This document shows, piece by piece, positions 28,448 to 43,418 of a DNA stretch of 54,723 nt (positions within the stretch are counted from its first letter, which is position 1; each line of letters opens with the position of its first letter). Origin of the DNA: Vicugna vicugna (lineage: Eukaryota); assembly GCA_013265495.1 (NCBI GenBank), contig MU058213.1:6345149-6399871 (forward strand). The letters are read 5' to 3'. Both the position numbers and the translations under genes were made by a program. The notes beneath the pieces were generated by a model. It saw only the letters and a program-made list of their open reading frames with translations, was not told where the DNA came from and ran no database searches.

Positions 28448-29847
28448 CCTCTGTCTTTTCTACGGTGTCTAATGCAGTGTTTTTCCAGGAGTGTTCTGGG
28501 GACCATGACCGTCTATCTGCCTTTCTGGGCCTTTCCCTCTCTTTGGTTCTCTGGGAGTGGGGCCCAGGAACCTGTATGTTTAGCAAGCCCCACCCTGGGG
28601 TCCTTACACACCCTAAAGATGTCTGAGAACCCATGGTCTTCCACCTTATTATAAACTAAGATGTGAAGCACTGCTACAGAATACTAAGTATGACTTTCTA
28701 TTAACTGTAACTACTAAGTGTTATTTCCTACTAGAAGAGACAGTGCACACCAGCACCTTTTCATCAGTGGGAGAGTGTCAGAACCAGATTAGTCAGATCT
28801 CAAGTTTTCTTGCAAGAGTCTGCTCCCATGACTAATGTTTTACCATTCACAGGTGATTGTAACTGGTTTGGTTTCTTCTATTCTTCCCTCAGAGCAGGTT
28901 CATTCAGAAAAAGCTGGAAACTACAGCAGATAACAAATAGGTCTAGCGGTTCCAAATTCCTTTCAGAGAAATATTTTTTTTTTACTGTCACTGTCAGCAT
29001 CACTCTATCTGTAGTGGCTCCAGCCAGGTTTCCAATAGAGAAAACACAGAATCCTCACATGCCTAATTTCTGCTTTTTATCAGGAGGTTTGAAAATCCTA
29101 TTAAAAGATAAGTGCACTTTTCTTCATGTGTGTTATACTTAAAAATATGGAAGGGAAGGGAGGGGAACACAGAAATAATTTACTGAAGCATAGTTATAAT
29201 GTCTAGAAGGGCTTTCCTGTTCATTTGCAAATTGGATTGCAAAATGTCAGTAAGTCATCAATTTCTGAAAATGAGTAGTAACAAATAGCTCCACATTAAT
29301 GTATCTTTAAACCCCTAGGTTGGTTCAGGAGGTAAAGGGACAGGGGTGGCTTAGGGTGCCTTCCTCCCTGTTTCCAACTCCAGTGCCACCTTCCTGAGCA
29401 GCTGGTATAGGCAGGCAGGAGGGCCCAGGGGAGCCAGCAGAGAGATCAGAGAGGGAAGGCCAGTCTGACTGCCTCGGCCCCTGTGACTGAGCCGGTCTCC
29501 TGCCCACAAAGAGATGAAGGCAGGCGAGGAGGGGCTGTGATGCTGGGCTGTGTCCCCCCTGCCCCAGGCTGGGAGGGCTGCGGAGAGCAGGACACAGAGC
29601 AGCTTCCTCCTGGCGCCTCAGCTGGACGCCGGTTCTTACGCTCTCACTGGCTGCACCTCCAGCTCATAAGCTCCTTCCGCTTCACCCAGGACCACCTTCT
29701 TAATCTCACTCCAGTGAGCAAAGAATGAAAAGAAGCATCTCACCTGAAGGGGCCCAGCAGTCAGAGAGGAAGAATGAGCACAGCCCTTCGAACAGACCCG
29801 GACGAAACAGGAAACAGGTGGACCTTGAGTGGAAATATAATTAGAGC

Positions 29848-30204
29848 ATGTTACGGACTGAATGTGTGTGTCCCCTGCTACCCCCAAACAAATTCGTATG
29901 TGAAAGCTTTAATCCCCAAGGTGATGGTATTTAGAGGTGGGGCCTTTGGGGGGTAATTAGGTTTAGGATGAGGTCATAAGGGCCCTTACAGGAAGAGCAG
30001 GAGAGACCAGAGCTTCCTCCTTCCCCCCACGGGAAGACACAGTGAGAAGTCTGCAAGCCAGGAAGGGAGCCCGCGCAGAACGCGACCATGCTGGCATCCA
30101 GGTCAGACTTCCTAGCCTTCAGGGCTGCAGGAAAGAAATGTGGGCTGTTTATAAGTCCCTCAGTCTGCCATATTTTGTTACAACAGCCCCAACTGACCAA
30201 GACA
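29848..30204 (+). mobile_element. MLT1A/B-like MaLR solo LTR
   Basis: tgttacggactgaatgtgtgtgtcccc...aactgaccaagaca, TG...CA termini. Confidence 0.8.
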
Positions 30205-30669
30205 GACTCCTTAAGGAGATCTGGGCACAACATGATATTCCTTCCTTGAACTTACTATTTTTAAAAGTCAGTAGAGGAACTAGAGGCAAGGATGGTGACT
30301 TTCATGAATTGAATTAGTTGCCCATAAGACAAAGTAGAAGAAGTGCCGAAACAGCACCGAATACAAAGAGAGAGACCGCGAGGGAGCAGGTAGGGGTGGG
30401 TGTGAGTGTCCGGTGTGGAGGAGAGGGGTTGCTGTGCAGGCCTGGAGCTGGAGTAGATGGTCTGATGGTTGTGCGCGTGGGGAAAGGGACGGAAGCCATT
30501 CGTGGGCCAGCGGTGTCCCAGAACATCCCCCGGGTGACAAGAGGAGGAAAGGCAGTGAAGGCCGATCTGATGACAGCAGTCAAAGTAAGGAAAAGGAGAA
30601 AGGAAACAATAGAAAGCAGCTAAGTTGTAAATCTAAAGTGAGCTGGAAGGACGGATGGAAACGCAAAGC

Positions 30670-30892
30670 AATGTAGTGTCATGACGGAGCGCGCGGTCTG
30701 TGGAGCCAGACTCCCTGGTGCAGGTCCAGCTCCGTTCCGTACTGACCTTGGCTTTGGGCAACTTACTTGACCGCCTAGAGACCTCCCCACCTGTGAAATG
30801 GGGATAATAATGGTACCTCCTCCACAGGGTGTTGTGAGGATTAAATGGGTTAACATACCTAAAACACTTAGAACAGTGCCTGGTGTACAGTT
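30670..30892 (+). mobile_element. MIR SINE
   Basis: Core ctgtgaaatggggataataatggtacct...gttgtgaggattaaatg...agaacagtgcctgg. Confidence 0.85.
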
Positions 30893-31206
30893 AGACCAAG
30901 CAGGAATTTGCTTTATTATGTATAAAGTACAGTAGCGATGTTAATATTAGGTAAGATGAAACATAATATTACAAGCACCAAATCAGACATCTGAGTCTCA
31001 AGTGTTTTTCTTGGTAAATTAAGGGCCTTGGTCTGGGTGTGATCTCTGAGATCTTTCTTTGTAAGCCCCTGGTTCTCCATATATGTGTATATCAGGTGAC
31101 CGTCAAAAAAGGAGCCTCTTATGAAAGGAGTTAATTCTCATTTTTGCCAAAAGTCTAAAATGCTTCTGTGGCAGCAGGTGAGTTCTCAAATGACTCCGTT
31201 AGTGTT

Positions 31207-31504
<298 letters not shown>

Positions 31505-31662
31505 TAGGTGGTCAGAGGTTTGCACCTCTTTGCTTCGAGAGCTGTTTTTCACCCACTTTTCCCATTTTAGTGGGGATATAGTCACGAAGCCCCAAAGCAG
31601 ACTCTTTGCATTCTTCTAGCACGTCTTCTTTGATAAAAATCTAACAGTGGAAGTTAGACCTA

Positions 31663-32134
31663 GTTTTTTGGGGTTTTTTTTCCCCTTCTTCATTTATTTA
31701 TTTATTTTTAATTGAAGTACACTCAGTTTACAATGTATCCGTTTCTGATGTCCAGTGTAATGTTTCAGTCATACATATACATACATGTGTTTCTTTTCGT
31801 ATTCTTTTTCATTATAGGTTACTACAAGATACTGAATATAGTTCCCTGTGCTGTACAGAAGAAACTTGTTTATCCGTTTTATATATAATAGTTAATATTT
31901 GCAAATCTCAGACTCCCAATTTATCCCTTCCCACCCCCTTTCTCCCCAGTAACCATAAGTTTGTTTTCTATGTGTGTGAGTCTGTTTCTGTTTTATAGAT
32001 AAGTGCATTTGTGTCTTGTTCTTTTTTTTTTTTTAGATTCCACATATGAGTGATGTCATATGGTATCTATCTTTCTCTTCCTGGCCAACTTCCCTTAGAA
32101 TGAGGATCTCCAGATCCATCTATGTTGATGCAAA
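31663..32134 (-). mobile_element. 5'-truncated L1 3' end with TSD
   Basis: TSD TTAGACCTA at 31654-31662 and 32135-32143; homologous to the other L1 3' fragments. Confidence 0.85.
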
Positions 32135-33570
32135 TTAGACCTATTTCTGAGCAGCCATGATTTCTTGTGCTTCTGCAGTTGGAGTTGTGGGCGCAAGAGG
32201 AGATGCGGGGAGGGCTCAGCTGACCCGTGTCATTTGCTAGGTTCGTGGTACATTTACTGAGTCCAGTGACACAAAGTTGGGACTTCTGTTTTGTATGTCT
32301 TCTTAAGCTTTCACTTTTCTCATCATTCATTTTTATTTTATTTTCTGAAAGTGTTGGTCCGTGGTGGATGGTCAGTTTGAAAACAAGGTCTTCCCCCTGA
32401 GATAGGATGAAAAGCGCTGTTGCGGGCACTCACTGCTGAAAGTGCCTCATGGACCATCACGCAGGGGCTTGTTAGAAAGGCACGCTCTCTGGCGTGTCTG
32501 CGGGCCTCTTCCGCCCTCTGCTGCCAGTAAGAGTCAGGTGCACGTGCACACGGGGGTATGGAGTTAATAGACAGTTCGAATCAGTTTCAGGTGAAAATGA
32601 AGGTGGTCTGCAAAGGGTGGGAGTGGACAAAAGGGACCCACAGCATCCAAGGCCTCTTTGGAGCAGACAGGGGTGAGAGCAGGTCTGTGTGCAGACAGCA
32701 CCTGAAGGGCCTGGGATACTGGGCGTGTGTATTTGGGTCTGCTGGATGAACGGCAGTCTCACAGTAGAGGGCTCCTGGTTGCCACTCGTGTGTGATTTTT
32801 CTGTCCTCATCTGGGTGAACTTAAGCCTTAGAATGGCCCTCGGTGACAGATAACCCCATGGACACCCTTACCTCTCTCAGCCCGTGCACTGTACCTTTCA
32901 GCAGTGATCAGCTGCTTTTTTTTCCCTGAATGGGCCATGCTGTCCTGTTTCTGTGCCTTTGACATGCTGTTCTTGTACCTCACGTGCTTTTCCCCTTTCT
33001 TTTTAATTCTAATCAGCCTTTAAAGTTCAGCCTAAGTGTCACCTCCTCCCGGAAGTCTTCCTGGACACCCCTTCTCCCGAGCTGCCACACCACTCTCTGT
33101 TCCATCGAGTCTCTCTGTTGTCTTCACTGTCTTGGGGTGGAGTACCACATCTTTTATTTTTGTAACCTGAGTGCCTAGAAGAGTCTCTAGAAGACAGCAG
33201 ATACTCAGGAAATGTTTATGTGGATGAATTAATCATCTGGAAAATCACTGGAATTGGATTGAAAAAACTTGAATCTTTTTTGTGGAGATCGGCTTAAAAG
33301 ACACCCCAGCTCTCTTGTACCTGCCAGAACTGGGAGGAGTTAGAGAGCTTCAGAGCTCCCAGGCAGAGGAGGAAGTTCAGGAGAGCTTTGAAGATCTCCC
33401 TAGTCACTTTGGTGGCATTTGAAGATGAAATGAGGCAATAGATATAAGAGGCTTCGTGCGGGCACAGGATGGAGTGAATACAGAGCTAATGGAAGCCGTA
33501 TTATTATTTCAGGGGCAGCGCCAGTGAAATTGTCCTCGTGATACTGGTTACACAATGGAGAGATTCTTTT

Positions 33571-33662
33571 TTTTTTTAACATTTTTATTGATTCATAATC
33601 ATTTTACAGTGTTGTGTCAAATTCCAGTGTTCAGTACAATTTTTCAGTCATACATGGACATA
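33571..33662 (-). mobile_element. Very short L1 3' tip with perfect TSD
   Basis: TSD AGAGATTCTTTT at 33559-33570 and 33663-33674, poly-T at the left end. Confidence 0.75.
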
Positions 33663-35358
33663 AGAGATTCTTTTGAAATACTTTTAGGAGTTTTTACATT
33701 TTTCTTCTGTAGTTTCTTATTAAATTCTCTCCCCAGCGTGTTCCTTCTCTAACAAATGCTTTTACTCTGCAACGGTCTGCATTGTGAACAGTGCGTGGTT
33801 TTGCTTTGTTTTGTGGCTCCGTTCCTCTCTCCCCTGGGATGCTAGCGAGCCTTTGCTGAAATAAACTCGTGTGAAAGAAAAGTTCCTTGGCAAATTTGTG
33901 GCTTTCTTGCATTCATTATGTCATGACGTTGAGAGAATATGAACTTTTTGAGTGATATTCTTAAATTATGAGGTGGCAGTATTATTCTAGGTTTTATTTT
34001 ACAGTATTTTTGGATCCATTGGTGACAGCTGATAGGAGACAGACCCTGATAGCCCCCTGAAGATTCAGCTGGAAGAGGCAAAGGCAGATTCTCTATGGAG
34101 GTGACAGACACCCTTGCCCACTAAGCAGAGCACACCCTAAACAGGACTTTTTCGGAGAGTTTCTCATTCCTTCCTATTGCAGAGCATAGGGAGTTTAGCT
34201 TTCCTGTTTCTACCAGGACATTTGGTCCATTGTTTGACTCTTTTTTCCAAGACCCAGTGGCTTCATCCACTTTCCTCTACGAGGTCTGTTTGCACGTCAG
34301 GGTCAGAGCCTTAGAGGAGAAGAAATACCTTGTCTCCTGAGGCAGATGTGCAAGTTCCCTCAGGGTAGGCAAGGTAAGCTGGACATCATCACCTTAAAAT
34401 GTTTTAGCCATTGTAAATAATGTTACAAGCATTTATGTACAAGTTCGTGTAGTCCTGTCTTTCCTTGTGGATACGTGTATCTAGGAGTGTAGATGCTGAG
34501 GACTATGGTAACTCTGTATTTGACCTTTTGGGGAACAGAACAGCCAGACTGTTCTCCAAAGTGGCTGCACCATTTTATGTGTGTGAGGCTCTGGTTTCTA
34601 CACACCCTCATCCACACTTGTTATTTTATTTTTTTATTTTTTTGTTGTTGTTATTTCCTATAGTTTTTTATTGTAAAACCTAATTTGCTTTATGAAATAA
34701 ATTTGAAGAAAAAAAGAGACGGAGGAGGACCCTCACAATATGAAGCAACATGAAAGACAAAGCAGCAACTACCGTGTAACTACCTTATTTGAAACCTGAT
34801 TTTAAAATAAGCAATAAAAATTATGACATTTATGAGGCATTTGGAAGTCTGAACACTACTAGTATATTTGACAATACTGAGGACTTAATTCTTTTTTTTC
34901 AGATGTGATAATGGTAGTATGGTTATGTTTAAGAAAAGAAGGGTCCTTATCTTTTAGAGATTCATACTGAAACATCTGTGGATGAAATGTTATGATATCT
35001 GGGATTTGCTTCAATTTAATATTGAAGGGTTAAGGTGGTTGGGAGTGTGTGTACGGCATCAAATGATTGGCCAACATTTGAAGGTCATTGAGGCTGGGTG
35101 ATGGGTAAATGGAGGTTCCTCATGCTACTCTGTTTTTGTATATGTTTGAGTTTCTCCTTGATAAATAAGATTGAAAAACTAAAGTGGGTATTAAGATCTG
35201 GAAAGCTGGTGGAGTAGATACTACGGTGTTTTAAGTTAACCATATTGGGCACATTTCTAAATTCTTCATCTAATCTATCGCTGCTGTGTGTACGTATTCA
35301 CAGGGCAATAGATGCCTTGGTGAAGAAGGCATTTATTTTTATCGTTAAAGTCATTGTC

Positions 35359-36114
35359 TTTTTTTTTAACTGAAGTATAGTTGGTTTTTTACAATGTTGT
35401 GTTAATTTCTGGTGTACAGCATAGTGATTCAGTTTTATGTACATATATTCCTTTTCATATTCTTTTTCACTATAGGCCATTGCAAAGTATCAAATGTAGT
35501 TCCCTGTGCTATACAGTAGGACCTTGCTGTTTAAATCTATTTTATATATAGTAATTTGTATCTACAAATCCTGAACTCCCAATTTATCCTTCCACCTTCT
35601 CTTTCTCTCCTGGTAACCATAAGTTTGTTTTCTGTGTCTGTGAGTCTGTTTTGTAAATAAGTTCTTTTGTGTAATTTTCTGGATTCCACTGTAAGTGATA
35701 TCATATGTTGTTTTTCTTTCTCTTTCTAGCTTCATTTAGTATGACAGTCTCCAGGTCCACCCATGTTGCTGCAAATGGCATTATTTCATTCTATTTATGG
35801 CTGAGTAGTATTCCATTGTATAAATGTACCACCTCTTCTTTATCCAGTCATCTGTTGATGGACATTTAGGCTGTTTCCGTGTCTTGGCTATTGTAAATAG
35901 TGCTGCTATGAACATTGGGGTGCAGGTGTCATTTTGAAGTAGGGTTCCTTCTGGATATATGCCCAGGAGCAGGATTCCTGGGTCATATGGTAAGTCTATT
36001 CCTAGTCTTTTGAGGAATCTCCATACTGTTTTCCACAGTGGCTGCACCAAACTGCATTCCCACCAGCAGTGTAGGAGGGTTCCCTTTTCTCCACAGCCTC
36101 TCCAGCATTTGTCA
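35359..36114 (-). mobile_element. L1 3' fragment with ORF2 C-terminal domain
   Basis: ORF 35781-36050(-) [32 protein letters not shown]...MFIAALFTIAKT is L1 ORF2. Confidence 0.92.
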
Positions 36115-36795
36115 CAGACAGCTTCTTTTGCCTACTCTTTTCCCCTTTATTTCACATTTTCCTGTTTCTTTGTATATCTTATCACTTTTGTTAAAAACTG
36201 GGCGTTTATAGCAATCTGGGACACTGATGCCCCTGGGCATTTTTTTTTGTTTTTTTGTTTAGTGACTTAGCTGGACTGTTTAAGCAATGTCTATTTGCTT
36301 GCAATATAAAGCCTCTCATGTCAGGACTGACGTTATCCTGCAGAGGCTGCACGGTCAGCCCGGGATGATAGTGGTTTTAATAAGGCTCTCTGTGACCATC
36401 TTTTCCCCTCATCTTTTATTAAGCTGCCTGCCTCTGTTGGTGTCACACCCAAATCTTAGGCTCCACTAGTTGCTGGCAGATTGCTCTACTGTTTTTGACA
36501 GTGCCCTGGGATGTAAATTGCTGTATAATCTGATTCAGTTGAATTATTTCCAGTTCTTAATGATGTATATGTACAATAATTATATATATATATAATAGTT
36601 ATTATAATATGGAAGATGAGCAGCTTAATATTTTAAATGTCATTGCCTTTTAAATGTCATATGCCACCATGTCACAAGCTGTAAGAGAAGTTCTGCTTAA
36701 GCGTGTTGCCCGAGTCACGTCCTTGGGACCCTCTCCTGGACTTCTTACCACCTCTCTGCCATTATTGATCAGATTGGCCAAGCGATAGAGTCATT

Positions 36796-36826
36796 CTGCC
36801 ACCTGCTGGCCACGCCAGGAACTGTG
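36796..36826 (-). promoter_or_regulatory. CTCF site with upstream motif
   Basis: Reverse strand reads CACAGTTCC-TGGCG-TGGCCAGCAGGTGGCAG. Confidence 0.7.
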
Positions 36827-39800
36827 CCTTGGCGATAACAGCTGCCCAAAGACCTGAAAAGGGAAAATTTGGAATGAGGACATTACTGGCTCACCTATAA
36901 TATAACATCAGGATGAAATAGGACAACTGGTCAGGTTCATTGAAAATTCTTGTTTAACTAAATCTGTTGAGTCATGCACGCAGCTACATTCAAGCCCCGA
37001 GATTGTCTTCTGTGAGTGTATTTTGAAAGGACAGGAATGATGCCTTTGACTCAGTGCGGGCTGAGACAGCAATATTCATTACCCTTTTTTCCCTTATATG
37101 CTGGTAGTGTCACGAATATATAAAGACCCTCTACAAGTTAACAAGAACAATACAAGCAATCCAGTGTAACAGTAGGTAAGAGACACGGACCAACGGTTTA
37201 CCAAGGAAGAAACACATGTGGTCAATAAACATGTGAAAAAATTCAACATTGGTTGATGTTGAAATGAAAATTTAAAAATACAGCAACATAGGTTTTTTTT
37301 TTCACCCAGCTAATTGGCATCTGAAACATCTGAAAATGCCAAGCATTGGTGTAGGTGCCTAGGATCTCTTATCCTTTGCTAAGGGGAGTGTAAATTAGGG
37401 GGGTCTGATATTACCTTCCAGTGTTGAACATTCACGTACTCTGTGATCCATTCATTTCTGCCCTAGAGACATTATTGTACCTGTACCACAGGGGGGCACG
37501 TTCACAGCAGCATGTGTCACAATAGCAAAATCCCAAAATAGTCCAAAGTACCCATCAGTGGTAGTATGGACAACTAAATTGTAACAAACAATGAATTGTT
37601 ATTCTGTAGTTCGAATGAACAACTACAGTGATGTTTAACAATATAGATAACTCTTAGCAATAAGTGAAAAAATTACCTTCAAAATATACCTGTGGCATAA
37701 TGCCTCCTGTGAAAGTTGAATTTAACTGAAATACACATACATATACTTTCAAGAAACAGATATTGTATATAGACGTATGCATGCATTTGTGTGCTGATTG
37801 TATGTGTTCAGTACAGTCTTAAAAGAAAAACAAGGGAATGATGACACAGGGTTCATGATGCTTACTTTCACTGGAGCAGTTATTAAAAAAATTAACTTAA
37901 TAAAGTGACCCATGCAAGGACCAATGATGAGAGTGTGTCATGAAACAAGGATTAAGAGATTAATGATCATCCATTTTAATTATAAGAAGTTCAGCAAAAG
38001 AGAAATGTGGGGCGTCCTGAAAGTGTCTAATTGCTGCGTCTGAACTTCCCTGGGGGCTCCAGGAAGGTGTCGGTAAGGAGCTGACTTGCGTGCTTGGCTC
38101 TGAGGGATAAATAGTCACTAACCAGGCGAAGAGATCAGGGAAGAACATTCCAGAGAGAACAAAGTGAGTCAGGGCCTGGATGTGGGAGTAAGTTCAAAGC
38201 CCTGCGGCGCGATCGGTGTGGCTGAGCGCAGAGGGAGAAGGGGGCAGAATGTGGGAGATGGTGCACGGAGGTGGTGGGTCGGGACCAGCTCTTTCTGAGC
38301 ATATTAAGGGATTTTGATTTTATCCTAAAACAGCAGGAAATTATTCAAGGGCTTTATACAGAATTGTATTTAGTTTGATTTTTTACTTGCTCACACTTGT
38401 TCCTTTGGGGCTGATACCTAGATTGAAAGGGACATAGAAATATATTCCTGTTTCAGGATTTGGGGTGTAAGCTGCCAAGATGCCCTCTAGAAAGCTTGTG
38501 AAATCCACTTTTCCACCTATAGTGTGTGATGTAGCCTGATTCCACACACTCCAGCATTGGGTATTAGCACTGAAAAAGATTTTCAATACAAAAGGACAAT
38601 GTATAATTATTGCTTTAATTTGTATCAGTTTTATGGCAAATATTAAAAGTTTAAAAAATGCATGTATGCAGTTTGTCACATTGTGTTTTTAAATATATCT
38701 TAAATATTTAAAATTTTTTCCCTATTACATTTTTTTCTGGTACTACCAGAAAGGATTATAGCATTTTAACCAAATGACTAAGCTAAACAAGTTATTCAAC
38801 TTGGAGAAAATGTGAGTCAGTACCACATGAGGACTCAAGAAGGTTGGAATAATTGAGCTGGTAGCTTACTTGCTTCGGAGTCTACAGAAAGTGAATTTTT
38901 CAAAAGATTTCTCAGTTGGCTCCCCATTGTTTCTTGCATCCTACTCCTTTCTGAGGGCTTTTCTTACTGAAGTACAGTATTTAGTGACTTTCAGTATGGG
39001 TGTGTGGGTGATACGTTCCTTAATCTTTGTGTGTCTGAAACTGTCTTTATCTTCATTTTGCACTTATTCTTGGTTGATATGTTATTTCCCCTCAATCCTG
39101 AGAAGATATTTCTCCAACATCTTCAGGTGTTTATTGTCTCCTGATACCTACTGGGTTCTGTCAGTCATTGTGTTACAGTCATTGGTGGCCTACCTGTCTT
39201 TAGCCTCTGGTTGCTTTTAAGATTTTATCTTTATCATGGGTTATCTAATTTGCACCCTGCTCTATTTATTTTTACTTACTCCAGTTTGTATTCATTGAAC
39301 ACTTTAAAAACTCGCATCTTTCTTTAGTCTTAGAAAATTGTCAGCACCTACACTTCAAATACTGCTTCTATACCACCCTCTCCATATTTCTTCTGGAACT
39401 CCTCGACTTCTCTTGTGTTAGCATCTTTCTTTGTCCTCTGTCTTTCTTAACTGTCTTTTCATGTTTTGAGTCTCCATCTGTCTTTGCTGAATTCTGAGTG
39501 AGCACCTTGCTACTTGCTGACTTCTACTCCACTGATGCTGTCTTCAGTCTTGTCCAGTCTAGAGTCTGTCAGTTCCATGAGGAAAGCTGTTTAGTTTATA
39601 TCTAGGATTTCTGATTTTTTTTCTCTTACCCACTTGTTCTTTTTTCATCTCTGCCTTTTTTTTTTAATAGTTTTCTTGATGGATGTTAATCTATCTTTGC
39701 TTTTTTGTTTTTTGGTTTTTTTGGTTCCTTAGTTCCTTGCACATACGCATTTTACACTCATTTGACCCCAGGACATACATGTGAGTTGAAGGAAAGTAGC

Positions 39801-40583
39801 TAGAGTAGAGGCCATGGGAGTCTGGGCTCATGTAACTGACTTATGCCTTTGGGACCTGTGAGGCCTCATGTCTATACATCCCTCCCCTTGAAGATGGAGT
39901 GCTGCCCATTTGCCCTCCTCTGTGGTGTGGTGGTCATGAAGGGCGGTCCAGGTGACGGGGTCACCCGGTGACCCCAGCCTAGGCACACCACCTCTGCTGG
40001 AGCCCAGGAGCAAGTGGCAGCCTCTTCTCAAAGCAGGAGTGACTGCGTCGAAACAGAGCATGACTTGGCTGTAAGCTCCTCGGGGGTCATTCTCTAACTC
40101 TCCTGTTAGGGTTGGACAAGAGGTTTTACCCGCCTCATCTGCCACAGAGACCGTGGGGAGCCTTTGAAACCGCCCAGTTGTAAGGCCCGAGGGCAGGGCA
40201 GCGTGGACCAGCAGCAGAGCCTTCCCCTGGCCTGGACCCCACTCAAGGCAGCAGCCTCGTGGGGGTTCGGTAAAAGGCTGGGAGCAGTGCTTTCACATGT
40301 GGGAGAAGCTGCCTCAGAACCCAAAGGGGCCCCGAACTTGAGAGGGCGGAGGTGGCACTGAAGAGAGACGGGCCACACCCAGCTCGCTCCATAAGCTTTC
40401 TGTAACTGGGCTCTCACCGTGTGCTCAGCTTTGTACTCGTGAGCATCGTAAAGCCTTTGCTCCTCTGATGGTTACGCCTTTAGGCAGACTAGGCCGCATC
40501 CCTGTGGTTTAACTTAAAATCCATGATGAGAGCAGCTCTCTGAATTCACGCGAATCTCTTTGAAAAAGAGTGACTCACAGTGA

Positions 40584-40901
<318 letters not shown>

Positions 40902-41893
40902 TAAGCATCTCCTTCATTTCTTCCTTCTGTTTCACCGGGGTGACCCTTCATACGTCTGGCGACCAAAATGCCAAGATTTTTCGGAACAATCCTAATTGTA
41001 AAGATTCTTTCCCCCTCGTCCCTCAAACAATTAATGTGCCCCAGAAATTCTAAATTCTGTCTCCAGAACTACCTCCTGCACAGGTAAGGGGTCAAAGCAT
41101 TGTTTCACATGCCTCTCGTCCCAGTTTTGGGTTCAGGAAGTAGTTACTGTATTCATGGGACTTGGTGGGCTGCCTCGGCACACAGTTTGTATGTGGGGAA
41201 AAATTAGAACAAAGCTGTAGGGCAGGCTGGCTCATAGATTTCAGAGGCTTCCACCTTGAAATTCACAGATTAGCTTCTCAAAGCAAAACTTTTGGTTGCT
41301 TTTTGGCCACTTGGAAGTTTCCCTTTGTCACAATGTGGCCCGTCTTCTAGGACTTTCCCTGCAGTGTCTGCTTGCCTCTTCATTTGAAGGGAGGCTGTTC
41401 CAGTAAAATGGGGTGTCTGGTCAGTTTGTTGGGTTAAACATGCTTGTGTCCTGACAACCTCCAACCAGAATCGAAAGCTGCTCATGTAAAAAGCACAGTT
41501 ATTATGGAATCATGGGGAAAAGGGGGTACAGTGACATGACAAGTCCAATAATTTTCTGTAAAGAAAAGTGAGGACAGAATTATTACATCAGAAAATAGTT
41601 GCTAAGGAAATACGAAGCTTTCTGGTAGCCAAACCAAGTAGAAAAACACATAGAAATCCATGAAAAGAGATGTGCTTTTCCTTTGCTCCAGATCTGATAA
41701 ATACTTAACTCCAGGAATCTTGAAGTAAGGAACACTGAGTATCAGTTCCTTAACTTCAGATGGAATTATTGCAGAAAATAAAGGCATTTCGTAGAGGACT
41801 AGTTTTGTATTAAATTTCAGTAAAAAGATGAGGGAAATGAGTAGGTAGTGGGAGAAAGGAGTAAGGGGGTTATAGTTTAAGAGCTGTATTTTC

Positions 41894-42021
41894 AGGAGGG
41901 AATAGCTCAGTAGTAGAGTGCGTGCTTAGCGTGCATGGGGGCCTGGATTCGGTCCCCGGTACCTCCATTAAACATAAATAAATAAACCCAATCACCCCCA
42001 AAGCCACCCCCACCCGCAAAT
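41894..42021 (+). mobile_element. Camelid-type tRNA-derived SINE, sense orientation
   Basis: gggaatagctcagtagtagagtg...ggattcggtcccc...aaataaataaacccaatcacc; flanked by TSD-like tgtattttc. Confidence 0.85.
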
Positions 42022-42390
42022 TGTATTTTCTGGTAACTTACTTTGATGCGGAGGTAAATCTGGAATTTTGATGGATTTTGTAAGTGATAAGAATGCCATT
42101 CTCTGCGACTAGCAGCCTCCCTAATGGTAGAAATTCCTGGTTAAAAAGGACTTGTGTTTTGTGCCAGCAGGTGGAAGTAGTGGTCCCCGGCAGGAGCTGG
42201 GCTTGCCCATCAGAGACCTGTAGTCGAGTGCTATTGGTCTGGATTTTTTGTGGATGTGTATGAAAGAAAATGGAGACATGAGTTTATTAAAATGAATTTA
42301 CTGAAATTAGATTGAATTTAATTTAAGACTAGAATACCGCTTACTACTGTTTTCTGAAATTGCCTCTGAAAAGGTTTGCTGGAACATTGA

Positions 42391-42519
<129 letters not shown>

Positions 42520-42925
42520 TGAGTAGTCAACTTAGAAACATCTGTTTCGGGTGAAGTTCTCTGTGAGCTTACTACGGAGTTTTTTGTTTGTTTGTTTCCT
42601 TTTGGTTTTGGTTAATTGCATAAACAAAGCGAAAACTGTAATGGAAGTTCACAGGAAAAGTTTCCTTATAGGTATGTTACCACTTTGCCTTCCTAATTAT
42701 TCTTCTTAGTGGCTGGATAATAATCCATCTGTTCATTCAGTAAGTATTTCTTGAACCTGGCCTGGGTGCTGAGGGTCCAGTCAGGGAGGAAAACGGGCCC
42801 TGTTCTTACCCTGGTGGAGCTGATGGTCTGGGGAGTCGATGAATGTCACTCACACAATGACGTCAATGAGTGTCTGCTGTATTATTACTAATGGTGCTAA
42901 GTGCTTTGAAGGAAAGGCACACAGT

Positions 42926-43418
42926 TGTGGGAGACAGAATAATGGTTCACCCAAATATCACGTCCTAATCTCTGTCAGTATGTTATGGAATATTGTACAG
43001 CAAAAGAGATTTTGCAAATGTGACTGAGGTAAGGGTCTTAAGATGAGGAGATGATACCGTATCATCTGGGTAAACCCGCTGTCACCCTACGGTCCCTGTA
43101 AGAGAGGGGCAGGAGGGTCAGAGTCGAGAGGGACGGGCATGTGACAATGGGAGCGGAGATTGGAGTGACGTGCTCTGAAGATGGGGGTGGGGGCCATGAG
43201 CCACGGAAGACACGTGGCCTCTAGAAGCTGAGAAAGACAAGGGAACGATTCTCCCCTCAGAGCCTCCAAGAAGGGACCACGTCTGCTCATACCCCGATGT
43301 CAGCCCAGTAAAACCGATTTCAGACTTCTGGCCTTCAGAACTGACAGGGAATAAAGGTGCTGTTGTAAGCCACCAAGTGTGCGGTGATCTGTCATAGCAG
43401 CTCCGAGACACTAAAACA
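42926..43418 (+). mobile_element. MLT1C/D-like MaLR solo LTR
   Basis: tgtgggagacagaataatgg...gattctcccctcagagcctcc...gtcatagcagc...ctaaaaca. Confidence 0.8.
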
